A stretch of DNA of 64,000 bases, from contig JBMOMC010000043.1 in NCBI GenBank assembly GCA_049325335.1, positions 277,852 to 341,851 on the forward strand. The letters are read 5' to 3'. The position numbers and the translations under genes were made by a program. Shown here in pieces: positions 48,083-57,490 of this stretch. The notes beneath the pieces are model-generated. The model worked only from the letters and a program-made list of their open reading frames with translations. It ran no database searches and had not been told where the DNA came from. The DNA comes from Nitrospirota bacterium. GTDB lineage: Bacteria; Nitrospirota; Nitrospiria; 2-01-FULL-66-17. The first letter of the stretch is position 1. Each line of letters opens with the position of its first letter.

Positions 48083-48439
48083 TTACCTCCCCCAGGTCTT
48101 TTGAAATTCCTCGGGCGAAAATCCCACGGTCACGTGCGTGCCGTCCGTTACGATCGGGCGTTTGATCAGCCGGCCTTCGGCGGCGAGGAGTTTGATCACG
48201 GCATCTTCCGGCAGCGACTTGACCTTCTCTTTCATGTTGAGCGCGCGGTACTGTAGGCCGCTGCGATTCAAAAAATCGGTGTAGGGGCGTCCGCTCTTCG
48301 CGATCATCCTCTGCAATTCATCGGGCGACGGCGGCGACGAGGTGACATCGATGTCTTTGAGCTGCCGTCCTGCTTTGGCGAGAAATTTCTTGGCGTTCAC
48401 GCACGTGCTGCACTTGGCATAGCCATAGAACGTCAACAT
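48083..48439 (-). CDS. ArsC/Spx/YffB-family protein
   Basis: FYGYAKCSTC, LIKRPIV, VGF. Confidence 0.9.
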   Translation of the reverse strand: MLTFYGYAKCSTCVNAKKFLAKAGRQLKDIDVTSSPPSPDELQRMIAKSGRPYTDFLNRSGLQYRALNMKEKVKSLPEDAVIKLLAAEGRLIKRPIVTDGTHVTVGFSPEEFQKTWGR

Positions 48440-48595
48440 GGAAACGCTCCGGGAAGGAACGAATGCTACCAAGGAGCCGGTGATCGATGCAACGCGCGGC
48501 CGTACGCGGACGGGGAATCTCACGCGATGTCGGGTTGGCAAATCAAGTTGCGCTCGGTATACTCCTGAGCACTTTCCCCAACCGGGGTGCCCAAG

Positions 48596-49036
48596 ATGTT
48601 TCCTCCATTCGTCATCTGGTTGAGTCTCGGCGTCGGTCTGCTCATCGTGGAAGTGGTGACCGGCGGATTTTGGATCGGGTTTTTCGGCGTGGGCGGTCTG
48701 GTCACGGCACTGGTGCTCTGGACCGAGGTCATTGCCGGATTGAACGCGCAGATCGCGGTCTTCCTGCTCGCGTCGGTTCTCCCATTGGTCGTGCTTCGCA
48801 AGCCCCTCAAGGCGTGGCTGGATCGGGACGCTCAGGCCAACCGAATCAACGATGCCGCGGGCCAGCTCGCGGTCGTGGTGCAGGACATCGTCCCGCCCGG
48901 AATGGGACGGGTGGAGTATCAGGGCAGCACGTGGGAGGCGGAGTCGGCCGCTGGTGAGCGCTTGGCCGCCACCACGCGGGTCCAAATCGTTCGGCAGGAC
49001 GGCACGCGCCTGTCGGTGCGCGCCCTCTCAAGGTAA
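48596..49036 (+). CDS. NfeD/YbbJ-family protein
   Basis: TM region plus OB domain GRVEYQGSTWEA; upstream of the SPFH gene. Confidence 0.88.
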   Translation: MFPPFVIWLSLGVGLLIVEVVTGGFWIGFFGVGGLVTALVLWTEVIAGLNAQIAVFLLASVLPLVVLRKPLKAWLDRDAQANRINDAAGQLAVVVQDIVPPGMGRVEYQGSTWEAESAAGERLAATTRVQIVRQDGTRLSVRALSR

Positions 49037-49049
49037 CCAGGAGGACGAC

Positions 49050-49997
49050 ATGCTGGAATGGTTCATCAGCCCGGCCTGGATGGCGCTGATCGCGTTGGCG
49101 ATCATTCTCTATGCGATGGCCATACGCATCGTGCCCCAGCAGACCGTCTTCATCGTGGAACGTCTGGGCCGATTCCACGCCACGCTCACGGCGGGCTTGA
49201 CCGTCATCATCCCGTTTATCGACCGCATTCAGTACAAACATACGCTGAAAGAACAGGCCATCGACATCCCGGAGCAGATTTGTATCACCAAGGACAATGT
49301 CCAGGTCGGCGTGGACGGGGTGTTGTTCCTGCGGGTGGTGGATGCTCAGCGCGCGTCCTATGGGATCGGGAGTTATCTGTTCGCGATCACCCAACTGGCG
49401 CAAACCACGTTGCGCAGCGAGGTCGGCAAGATCACGCTCGACCGCACGTTCGAGGAGCGCAGCAACATCAATCTACTGGTGGTGAGCGAGTTGGACAAGG
49501 CCACCGAATCGTGGGGGGTGAAGGTCCTCCGTTACGAGATCAAGAACATTACCCCGCCGAAGGACGTGTTGGGCGCGATGGAAAAACAGATGCGCGCGGA
49601 GCGGGAGAAGCGAGCCGTCATCCTCGCGTCCGAGGGCGAGCGCGACGCCAAAATCAACCGCGCCGAGGGCGCCAAGCAGGAAGTGATCAAACAGTCCGAA
49701 GCGGCGAGGCAACAACAGATCAACGTGGCGCAAGGGCAGGCCGAGGCGATCCGCGAGGTCGCGACCGCCACGGCGCAGGCGATCCGTCAGGTAGCCGAGG
49801 CGATCGGCGCGCCCGGCGGGATTGAGGCGATCAACCTTCGGGTGGCCGAGCAATGGGTGGCCCAATTCGGCGAGGTCGCCAAACAAACCAACACGCTGAT
49901 CCTGCCCGCGAACCTAGGTGACATGGCCTCACTCGTGGCCATGGCGATGACCACGATCAAGTCCACGCAGCCTAAGGCGTCGTCGCCGGCCTCCTAA
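49050..49997 (+). CDS. SPFH/stomatin-like protein (QmcA-like)
   Basis: VERLGRF, ITKDNV, WGVKVLRYEIKNI, MRAEREKRA. Confidence 0.93.
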   Translation: MLEWFISPAWMALIALAIILYAMAIRIVPQQTVFIVERLGRFHATLTAGLTVIIPFIDRIQYKHTLKEQAIDIPEQICITKDNVQVGVDGVLFLRVVDAQRASYGIGSYLFAITQLAQTTLRSEVGKITLDRTFEERSNINLLVVSELDKATESWGVKVLRYEIKNITPPKDVLGAMEKQMRAEREKRAVILASEGERDAKINRAEGAKQEVIKQSEAARQQQINVAQGQAEAIREVATATAQAIRQVAEAIGAPGGIEAINLRVAEQWVAQFGEVAKQTNTLILPANLGDMASLVAMAMTTIKSTQPKASSPAS

Positions 49998-50022
49998 CGT
50001 TCCCAGCGAGCAGGAGGCCGGA

Positions 50023-51441
50023 CTACTGACCGACGCGCTGCTCCGTCTCGGTCAGCGCCTGGTGTGGTCCCGCGAGTTCGGCGCCGGCGGTCTTCGGCAG
50101 CTTCACGAACGAGATGACCGACAGTACCGAGACCAGGCTGACCACGAAGAACGCGATCCGAAAGTCCTGGACGAGCAGATCCGGCCCTCCGCGGATCGCG
50201 TGGGCGCCCTGCAGCGCGTAGGCGCCGACCATGACGCCCAGACTCATCGACAATTGCTGCCCCACGCTCATGAGGCTGGTGGCTTGACTCATCTCGCGCT
50301 GCGATACCTCCGCGAAGCAAATCGCGTTCAAGCCCGTGAACTGCAGCGACCGTAGGCAGCCGCCGATCAACAGTACGGCCAGGATCACCGCGTGCGGCGT
50401 TTCGACCGTGAACAACCCGCAGACGGATAGGACGATGGACGCCGCGACCGCGTTCACGCTCAACACGGTGCGAAAGCCCCAGCGGCCCAGGATCGCGGTG
50501 GTGAGCGTTTTCATGAACAACGCGCCCACCGCGGCTGCGAACGTCAACAGCCCGGACTGCAGGGGCGTCAACCCGAACGCAATTTGCAGCATCATGGGCA
50601 GCAGGAACGGGGTCGCACCCTGGCCCGCTCGAAACACCGCCCCGCCGATGACGCCGGCTCGAAACGTCGCGAGCCGAAACAGGCGAAGATCGAGCAACGG
50701 ATGCTCGGTCCGACGGGCGTGCCAGCTATAGGCGGTGAGGGCAACGACTCCGATTGCGACGCAGAACGCCGATGCGCGGGGTGAGAGCATATGCTCCCAG
50801 AGCGTGGCGAGCCCCAGCATGGCCGCGGAGAGTCCGATGCCCGACAGCACGAATCCCACGAGGTCGAACGGGGGGTGATCGGGTTCGCGAAAATTCGGAA
50901 TGAACCGCAATGCCATCCAGATCCCCAGCACGCAGATCGGAATATTGATCAAAAAGATCCAGCGCCAATGAAAATACGTGGTGATGAACCCGCCGATGGG
51001 CGGACCGATCACGGGCCCGATCAACGCGGGCATGGCCAGATAGTTCAACGCGGGAATCAGCTCGCTTTTAGGAATCGACCGCATCAGCACCAACCGTCCC
51101 ACCGGCACCATCATGGCCCCGCCGACCCCTTGCAGAAATCGCGACGCCACGAACGCTTCCAGCGAACTGCTCACGGCGCATGCGATCGAACCGAGCATGA
51201 ACACGCCGACCGCCGACGCAAACGTGGTCTGCGCGCCCACGCGGTCCGCCACCCATCCGCTGATCGGAATGAACACCGCGAGGCCCAGAAGATATGACGT
51301 CAGCGCGAGCTTGAGCGCGATGGGATCAACGTGCAGATCGCCCGCGATCGCGGGCAATGCCGTCGCGATGACCGTACTGTCCATATTTTCGATGAACAGC
51401 CCGCAGGCGACGATCAGCGGGAGACGGAGGGAGCTGCGCAT
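50023..51441 (-). CDS. DHA2 family MFS transporter (MdtD-like)
   Basis: ENMDSTVIATALP, LQGVGGAMMVPVG, WRWIFLINIP. Confidence 0.9.
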   Translation of the reverse strand: MRSSLRLPLIVACGLFIENMDSTVIATALPAIAGDLHVDPIALKLALTSYLLGLAVFIPISGWVADRVGAQTTFASAVGVFMLGSIACAVSSSLEAFVASRFLQGVGGAMMVPVGRLVLMRSIPKSELIPALNYLAMPALIGPVIGPPIGGFITTYFHWRWIFLINIPICVLGIWMALRFIPNFREPDHPPFDLVGFVLSGIGLSAAMLGLATLWEHMLSPRASAFCVAIGVVALTAYSWHARRTEHPLLDLRLFRLATFRAGVIGGAVFRAGQGATPFLLPMMLQIAFGLTPLQSGLLTFAAAVGALFMKTLTTAILGRWGFRTVLSVNAVAASIVLSVCGLFTVETPHAVILAVLLIGGCLRSLQFTGLNAICFAEVSQREMSQATSLMSVGQQLSMSLGVMVGAYALQGAHAIRGGPDLLVQDFRIAFFVVSLVSVLSVISFVKLPKTAGAELAGPHQALTETEQRVGQ

Positions 51442-51530
51442 GGGGGATGTTCGGTGTGGATCTATCGAGACGACAGATGTTAGCCGCGACCGCACCGAGC
51501 GGCAGAATTTACGTCGTTACGTGCGAACGA

Positions 51531-52076
51531 TCAGGCTCCCTGGGTAAAGAGGTTTCGAAGATCCTGTGCGAGTCCTACGGTGGCGGCCAATCGAGCCAGG
51601 TCCTCAATCTGGTGAGGCTTCGGCTGCCGGACCGTGAGTATCGCCCGTGCGTCGGTCATGTCTTGGGGGCCACCCGCATATAACTTGAGCAGGACGAGGG
51701 CTTGCCACGATACAACCGGGACGGGCGAATCGAATACCGTGGCCGGTTGAACATGATTCAGTACAAGGTCGGTCCATCGTGGCGGGAGGACGACCAGTTG
51801 AACGGGAACGGAGTCGCCTCCGCTTTTGATTGAAAGTGAAAAAACCCCCGGAAGAGGATCGTCGGGGCCTCCGGAACGGAATCGGGCACCGAGTGCCTGG
51901 GCGAGCTTTGTGTTGTCGCCGGTAGCGGCCACGGCAAAGTCGATGTCGTGGGTTGCCCGCGGTGAACCCCATGCTCCGGTTGCGAGTCCTCCGATCAGCG
52001 CATAGGCGCGGAGCAAGCCATAGGTCTTGGCCTGTTCAAGTCGGCGAACGATTTCCTCTAGGGCTTGTCGGAACAC
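51531..52076 (-). CDS. Pol-beta-superfamily nucleotidyltransferase (AbiEii/DUF6036-like), TA-associated
   Basis: YALIGGLA...RATHDIDF...LKLYAGGPQD. Confidence 0.8.
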   Translation of the reverse strand: MFRQALEEIVRRLEQAKTYGLLRAYALIGGLATGAWGSPRATHDIDFAVAATGDNTKLAQALGARFRSGGPDDPLPGVFSLSIKSGGDSVPVQLVVLPPRWTDLVLNHVQPATVFDSPVPVVSWQALVLLKLYAGGPQDMTDARAILTVRQPKPHQIEDLARLAATVGLAQDLRNLFTQGA

Positions 52077-52240
52077 GCGCGTTTGAGCAGGAGGCAGACG
52101 TCGGAGAGTTCGAGCGAGAGCAGGAGGCGTTGTTCCAGTGTCATCGACCGCGCACGTTCGATCTTTGCGCGCGCCATCTCGTCACCCAACTTGCTGGCGC
52201 GGCGGCCGGTGAGCGGGGATCTGGGGAAGTCGTCGGACAT
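52058..52240 (-). CDS. Small partner protein of the nucleotidyltransferase
   Basis: ARSMTLEQRL...ELS pattern; overlaps the NTase start. Confidence 0.7.
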   Translation of the reverse strand: MSDDFPRSPLTGRRASKLGDEMARAKIERARSMTLEQRLLLSLELSDVCLLLKRACSDKP

Positions 52241-52351
52241 GGTCGGATTCTATCCCAGGCAGAATCGGCATTCAATCATCGAATCAGAAGTGGCGTTCGT
52301 CGCGGTGCCTTCCAGGTTTGATTCGGGCTTCCGGCCTGGTATGATGCTCGC

Positions 52352-52656
52352 GTGACCGTGAAGAAGCGAAAACGGAAGCCACCCACCAAAGGGTCGGGCC
52401 GAGGGAGTGGGGCGTCGATGAGCAAGCAGGACGCGCGGGCGTTCGTGCGTCGGTGGGCCTTGGTGAATGCGCGGGAGATCGAGGAGCTGCGGGCCACGCC
52501 GCCCGATCAGAAGCTCCGGCAGGTGGCCGTGCTCATGGCATCGGTTCGTTGGACATGAAACGCATCCGACATTGGGTGAAGGAATTCGCCGCGGTCTTGG
52601 AGCGTCCGGAGATGATGACTGATCTTGAACGACTCTTGCGTTCCAATCGCAAGTAA
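52352..52656 (+). pseudogene. Internally deleted small-protein/nucleotidyltransferase pair
   Basis: ARAFVRRWALVNAREIEELRATPPDQKLRQ joined near 52548 to LDMKRIRHWVKEFAAVLERPEMMTDLERLL in another frame. Confidence 0.55.
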
Positions 52657-52784
52657 TGCCGCAACCCTCGCATTGCGTCACCTCATCACTTCGCCATACG
52701 AGTAGCCGCCTTTGTCACAGGCGCGGTTCTGTCTCGCGCCGGTTTCGTTGACTTCACCCAGGCCCTTTGCTAGCATCGCGCCCT

Positions 52785-54356
52785 ATGCTTTCCCCGGAAA
52801 TTCAGGCACTTCTAGATGGGCTTCATCCGCTCGAAGCGCGGGTGTTTCGCGCGTTCGGCGAGCAATCGTCCGCGTCCGAGGCCGCGTTGCGCGAGGGCAG
52901 CGGGATGGCGACGTCGCAGTTGTCTATGGCGCTGGGGTGGTTGCTGACCAAGGGCGCGGTGCGGGTGGAGAGCGAGCGGGTGACGCGGCGCGCGGCCCTC
53001 GCTGAGGCGGGGAAGCGCTATGCGACCAATCTGATCCCTGAAATTCGGATTCTCAATTGGCTGGGCGAAGGTCAGCGCCTGACCGTGGGGGATCTGCGCG
53101 CGAATCGCGGCCTTGAGCCCGACGAGGTCAGCGGCGCGGTGGGCGCGCTCAAGGGCATGGGCGCGATTCGCATCGTGGAAGGCGGGGTGCTGCATGCTGT
53201 GGCCGACGTGGATGTGAGCCATTTGTTGACGCTCCAGCGCGAGATCGAAGGGCTGGAGCATGTGGGCTCGCGGGTGATGAGCGAGCCGCCGACTCCGGCT
53301 GATCAGCTCGTCGAGCAGCATTTCACTAAGCGGGGCAAAGCCAAGGGCATTTTCCGCATCGACGAGGAGACGGAGCGAACGTTCGCGCTGACCGAGGTTG
53401 GCGCTGCGCTCGCCAAGGCCGTACGCGAGCGTGGACTCGGACTCTCTGAAGAAATTTCTCAGCTCACGCCTGACTTACTGAAGGACGGGGCGTGGCGCGG
53501 CAAGGCGTTTCGCAAATACAACATTGGATTGCGGCCCGCGCGCGTGTTCGGGGGGCGCAAACATCCGTATCGCGCGTTTCTCGACGAAGTGAAGACGCGG
53601 CTCGTGTCCATGGGCTTTGAGGAGATGCGCGGACCGCTGGTCGAGAACGAGTTCTGGGACATGGACGCGCTCTTCATGCCCCAGTTTCATCCCGCGCGCG
53701 AGATTCACGACGTGTACTTTGTGCGTGAGCCGCGCGAGTCCACGCCCATTCCGCAACCGTTTGCCGGCAACGTGGCACGGGCGCACGAGAACGGCAAGGG
53801 CACGGGCTCGACGGGCTGGCGGTACCCGTTCGACCCCAGCCGCGCGCGGCGACTGGTGCTGCGCAGCCAGGGCACGGCGGTGTCGGCCAGGACCATGGCG
53901 GCCAAGCCGAAGATCCCCGGCAAGTACTTCTCGGTTGCCCGCTGCTTTCGGTACGACCAGGTCGATGCCACGCATGCCCCGGACTTCTTTCAGGTCGAGG
54001 GCATTGTCTTGGGCGAGGACATGACGTTTCGTACGCTCTTAGGGCTGTTGCGATTGTTCGCAGTGGAAGTCGCGCGAGCGCCCGAGGTGAAGTTCCTGCC
54101 CGCGTACTTTCCGTACACGGAGCCGTCCGTGGAGATGCACGCCAAACACCCGACGTTGGGGTGGATGGAGTTGGGCGGGGCCGGTTTGTTTCGCCCCGAA
54201 GTCACCTTGCCGCTTGGGGTGAAGGTGCCGGTCATTGCCTGGGGGTTGGGGCTGGATCGTATGGCCATGACTGCGTTGGGGTTGTCCGATATCCGAGATC
54301 TCTTCACTCCTGATCTTGAAACGCTGCGCGTGCATCGCGCGACGGTCACTCTGTAG
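52785..54356 (+). CDS. pheS: Phenylalanyl-tRNA synthetase alpha subunit, archaeal/eukaryotic type
   Basis: About 523 aa with long N-terminus; PQFHPAREIHD, FRYDQVDATH, YFPYTEPS, WGLGLDR. Confidence 0.93.
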   Translation: MLSPEIQALLDGLHPLEARVFRAFGEQSSASEAALREGSGMATSQLSMALGWLLTKGAVRVESERVTRRAALAEAGKRYATNLIPEIRILNWLGEGQRLTVGDLRANRGLEPDEVSGAVGALKGMGAIRIVEGGVLHAVADVDVSHLLTLQREIEGLEHVGSRVMSEPPTPADQLVEQHFTKRGKAKGIFRIDEETERTFALTEVGAALAKAVRERGLGLSEEISQLTPDLLKDGAWRGKAFRKYNIGLRPARVFGGRKHPYRAFLDEVKTRLVSMGFEEMRGPLVENEFWDMDALFMPQFHPAREIHDVYFVREPRESTPIPQPFAGNVARAHENGKGTGSTGWRYPFDPSRARRLVLRSQGTAVSARTMAAKPKIPGKYFSVARCFRYDQVDATHAPDFFQVEGIVLGEDMTFRTLLGLLRLFAVEVARAPEVKFLPAYFPYTEPSVEMHAKHPTLGWMELGGAGLFRPEVTLPLGVKVPVIAWGLGLDRMAMTALGLSDIRDLFTPDLETLRVHRATVTL

Positions 54357-54357
54357 G

Positions 54358-54479
54358 AGGCTGACGATAAACGACTATCTGCTGCGTTGGCGCTGCGCTT
54401 CCGCTCCTCACGTACGCATACAGTACGCTCCGGTGCGGTTCTCGCGCCGCCTTGCATCTGGCACGTTTCTCGCCCGCCT
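54358..54479. repeat. ~120-nt structured interspersed element, copy C
   Basis: Same core motifs; lies between pheS and pheT. Confidence 0.85.
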
Positions 54480-54515
54480 CGATTTGCATCGAGCCTAGAA
54501 TTATCTGCTGCTGAC

Positions 54516-56207
54516 ATGCCGACGATAACTGTCCTCAAGTCCGATCTGGAATCGCTCGCCGGAAGAAGGTTCTCGCTCGATCAACTGTCCGACGCGCTTG
54601 CATTGGTCAAAGGCGAGTTGAAAGAGCATGTGATCGCGACCAATGAGCTGCGCATCGAGCTGAACGACACCAACCGGCCTGACCTGTGGTGCGTGGAGGG
54701 GATCGCGCGGCACTTGGGAACGCCTAAGGCTGGCAAGTCGGCTCGATCTAAAGCAGTGCCCGCAAAGGGCACGTACCGAATCCGGGTGACGAAGGACGTG
54801 CGTACGGCGCGGCCCTACCTGGGCGCATGTGTGGCGCGGGGCGTGGGCGTGACCGACACATTGCTGACGCAGTTTATCCAGACGCAGGAAAAACTCGCCG
54901 AATTGTACGGCCGCAAACGACAGACCGTGTCTATTGGCCTGTACCCGTTACAAAAGATCGTGTTCCCGGTGTCATACACCACGGCCGCCCCGGATGAGGC
55001 GAGCTTTGTCCCGTTGGGTGCGGACAAGGTCATGACGTTGCGCGAGATTTTGGTCCGACATCCCAAGGGCGTGGCGTACGGGAAGATTCTCGCAGCTTGT
55101 ACGCGCTATCCGTTGTTGGTGGATTCGCGCGGAGAGATCCTCTCGTTCCCGCCCATCATCAACAGCCAGGCGTTGGGCGCGGTGGCGGTGGGCGATGACG
55201 ATCTGTTGGTCGAGGTCACGGGCACGGATCAGCGCATGGTGGTGCTGGCGGTCAACATCTGGGCGCAGAACCTGCGCGATCGCGGTGCGCGCGTGGACCC
55301 GGTGACCATCGAGTACGCCTGGGCCACGCCCATGGGGCGCAGGGTGGTCACGCCAAAGGAAATCGCCAAACCCGTGTCGGTACCGGTGCAATTGATCGCG
55401 CAGGTCCTGGGTGAAGCAATCAAGCCGGCCGAGGCCAAGCGGCTCCTGACCGGCTACGGCCATCGGGTTGCTGGTTCGGCCACGACCATAAAGGTCACCC
55501 CGCCCGCGCACCGCGACGACATCTTGCACCCAGTGGACGTGGTGGAAGACGTGGCGATCGCGCGCGGCTACAACTCGTTCGCGCCCGAGATGCCGAGCCA
55601 GTTTACGGTCGGCTCGCTCTCACCGATCGAGCGGTACGCGGATCGCGTGCGCGAGTTGTTGGTCGGTCAGGGATTTCAAGAAACGATGGCCAACATCCTG
55701 ACCTCACGGCAGGACGTGGTGGAGCGCATGGGCGGTGGTCGGACTGGTGAAGGGCTTGTCGAAGTCGACAACCCCATGGTGGAGACATTTGCGGTGCTGC
55801 GTCCGAATCTGCTGGCGTCGTTGTTGCGCGTGGAGGCCGCCAGTTCCAAAGCCGTGTATCCGCACCGCGTGTTCGAGGTCGGTGAGGCCGCGAGTATTGA
55901 TCCTGCGTCCGAGGTGGGCTGCCGCACCGAGGTGCGGGCCGCGGTCCTGATCTCGCACGCGGAGGCTGCGTTCTCGGAAGCCCACGCCGCACTGGAAAGC
56001 CTGGCCTACGCGTTGGGCGTGTCGTACCGCTTGGACCCCACCCCCCACCCGAGCTTTATCGAAGGCCGCGCCGGCACCATCATGCTCGGCGACCGCCCCG
56101 TCGGCGTCATCGGTGAAATCACGCCCTCCGTGCTCGAAGCCTGGGGCATCGGCATGCCGTGCGCGCTGTTCGACCTCTCGGTCGATTCCTTGCTGCCTCA
56201 ATCATAA
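54516..56207 (+). CDS. pheT: Phenylalanyl-tRNA synthetase beta subunit, archaeal/eukaryotic type
   Basis: MPTITV, DTNRPDLW, SFPPIINS, RDDILHPVDVVED; about 563 aa, no B2 OB-fold or C-terminal B8 domain apparent. Confidence 0.93.
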   Translation: MPTITVLKSDLESLAGRRFSLDQLSDALALVKGELKEHVIATNELRIELNDTNRPDLWCVEGIARHLGTPKAGKSARSKAVPAKGTYRIRVTKDVRTARPYLGACVARGVGVTDTLLTQFIQTQEKLAELYGRKRQTVSIGLYPLQKIVFPVSYTTAAPDEASFVPLGADKVMTLREILVRHPKGVAYGKILAACTRYPLLVDSRGEILSFPPIINSQALGAVAVGDDDLLVEVTGTDQRMVVLAVNIWAQNLRDRGARVDPVTIEYAWATPMGRRVVTPKEIAKPVSVPVQLIAQVLGEAIKPAEAKRLLTGYGHRVAGSATTIKVTPPAHRDDILHPVDVVEDVAIARGYNSFAPEMPSQFTVGSLSPIERYADRVRELLVGQGFQETMANILTSRQDVVERMGGGRTGEGLVEVDNPMVETFAVLRPNLLASLLRVEAASSKAVYPHRVFEVGEAASIDPASEVGCRTEVRAAVLISHAEAAFSEAHAALESLAYALGVSYRLDPTPHPSFIEGRAGTIMLGDRPVGVIGEITPSVLEAWGIGMPCALFDLSVDSLLPQS

Positions 56208-56241
56208 AAAAGAGAAAGGGCGCGTATGCGCCCTTTCTCTT
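56205..56241. terminator. Terminator hairpin between convergent pheT and rplT
   Basis: AAGAGAAAGGGCGC-GTAT-GCGCCCTTTCTCTT with A-tract on the left. Confidence 0.85.
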
Positions 56242-56265
56242 CAGTCCACGACGGTAAGTTGCTGT

Positions 56266-56628
56266 TTACGCCGATGCGGTCTTGGTCTTGGCTTGGCTCA
56301 CGACTTTTGAGAACCCGGTCGGATCCGCGATCGCCAAGTCGGACAGCACTTTGCGGTTCAGCACGATGCCGAGGTTTTTCAGCGCGGCCATGAACTGGCT
56401 GTAGGACAGGCCTTCCGCGCGGACGGCCGCGGAGATTCGGGCGATCCACAGCCGGCGGAAGTCGCGCTTGCGGGCACGGCGGTCGCGGAACGCGTATTGC
56501 CGGCCTTTATCGACCAGTTCGGTCGCGGTGCGGAAGAGCCGGCTCTTCCCGCCGTACGCACCCTTGGCGAGTTTCAGGCGCTTGCGGCGCCGTTCCTTGG
56601 TTTTTGGTCCACCTTTGACACGAGGCAT
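56266..56628 (-). CDS. rplT: 50S ribosomal protein L20
   Basis: MPRVKGG...RDFRRLWIARI...LNRKVLSDLA. Confidence 0.98.
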   Translation of the reverse strand: MPRVKGGPKTKERRRKRLKLAKGAYGGKSRLFRTATELVDKGRQYAFRDRRARKRDFRRLWIARISAAVRAEGLSYSQFMAALKNLGIVLNRKVLSDLAIADPTGFSKVVSQAKTKTASA

Positions 56629-56664
56629 TTGGTACTCCTTTCTTCAGTCAATCGACCCTGCGGC

Positions 56665-56886
56665 CTAGGTTTTCCCCACGCCGTACGGGAGTAAGCGTTT
56701 GATCATACTTTGTTCCGCAGGCTCCAGCACCACGGACGTGCTGTAGCTGCGTTTGCGCTGCGCGGTCTTGTGCGACAGAAGGTGGCGGTTGCCCGCGCGC
56801 TTGCGCGAGATCTTGCCGCTCCCGGTGGTTCGGAAACGTTTGAACGCACCCCGGTGGGTTTTCATTTTGGTTCCTGTTTTCGGCAT
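56665..56886 (-). CDS. rpmI: 50S ribosomal protein L35
   Basis: KMKTHRGAFKRFRTTGSGK...HLLSHK...LLPY. Confidence 0.97.
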   Translation of the reverse strand: MPKTGTKMKTHRGAFKRFRTTGSGKISRKRAGNRHLLSHKTAQRKRSYSTSVVLEPAEQSMIKRLLPYGVGKT

Positions 56887-56952
56887 TCGACGTCCTTTCC
56901 TCTGCGGCCGGCTTGCGCTCCGGCCGATCTCGTTCTGGTTGGAGCGCCCCCG

Positions 56953-57459
56953 TCAGCCGTGCTTCGGCGCGAGGAGGATGCTCATGTTGCGCCCTTCCAT
57001 CCGCGGTTGTTGTTCCACCTGCGCCGCGGAACCCAGTTGCTCGATCATCTTCCCCAGCACCGTGCGCCCCGCGTCCTGGTGAGCCATTTCCCGGCCGCGG
57101 AACATCACGGTGATTTTGACCTTGTGCCCCTCGGCCAAAAAATCCTTCACGTGGCGGGTCTTGAATTCCACGTCGTGGGTGTCGGTAAAGGGGCGCAGCT
57201 TCACCTCTTTGAGTTGCGTCGCCTTTTGTTTGGCCCCCTGCTGCTTCTTTGACTGCTCGTAACGGTACTTGCCGTAGTCGATGATGCGACAGACGGGCGG
57301 GACGGCCGTCGGCGACACTTCCACGAGGTCCAAACCCGCTTCCTCGGCGCGTTTGATCGCATCGCCGATCGGCAGGACCCCGATCTGCTCGGAGTTGGGG
57401 CCGATGACCCGCACCTCGCGGATTCGAATTTCCTGATTCACCCGGTGTTTTACTGCGAT
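56953..57459 (-). CDS. infC: Translation initiation factor IF-3 (ATC start)
   Basis: AAAGGAGG-6nt-ATC; RVNQEIR, LDLVEV, DYGKYRY, FRGRE. Confidence 0.96.
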   Translation of the reverse strand: MAVKHRVNQEIRIREVRVIGPNSEQIGVLPIGDAIKRAEEAGLDLVEVSPTAVPPVCRIIDYGKYRYEQSKKQQGAKQKATQLKEVKLRPFTDTHDVEFKTRHVKDFLAEGHKVKITVMFRGREMAHQDAGRTVLGKMIEQLGSAAQVEQQPRMEGRNMSILLAPKHG

Positions 57460-57490
57460 AGACGGCCTCCTTTGATTAACGCGGGCGCGA

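Noticed and set aside
54358..54515. pheST attenuator or T-box
   Set aside because: The spacer is explained by repeat copy C; no Phe-rich leader peptide.
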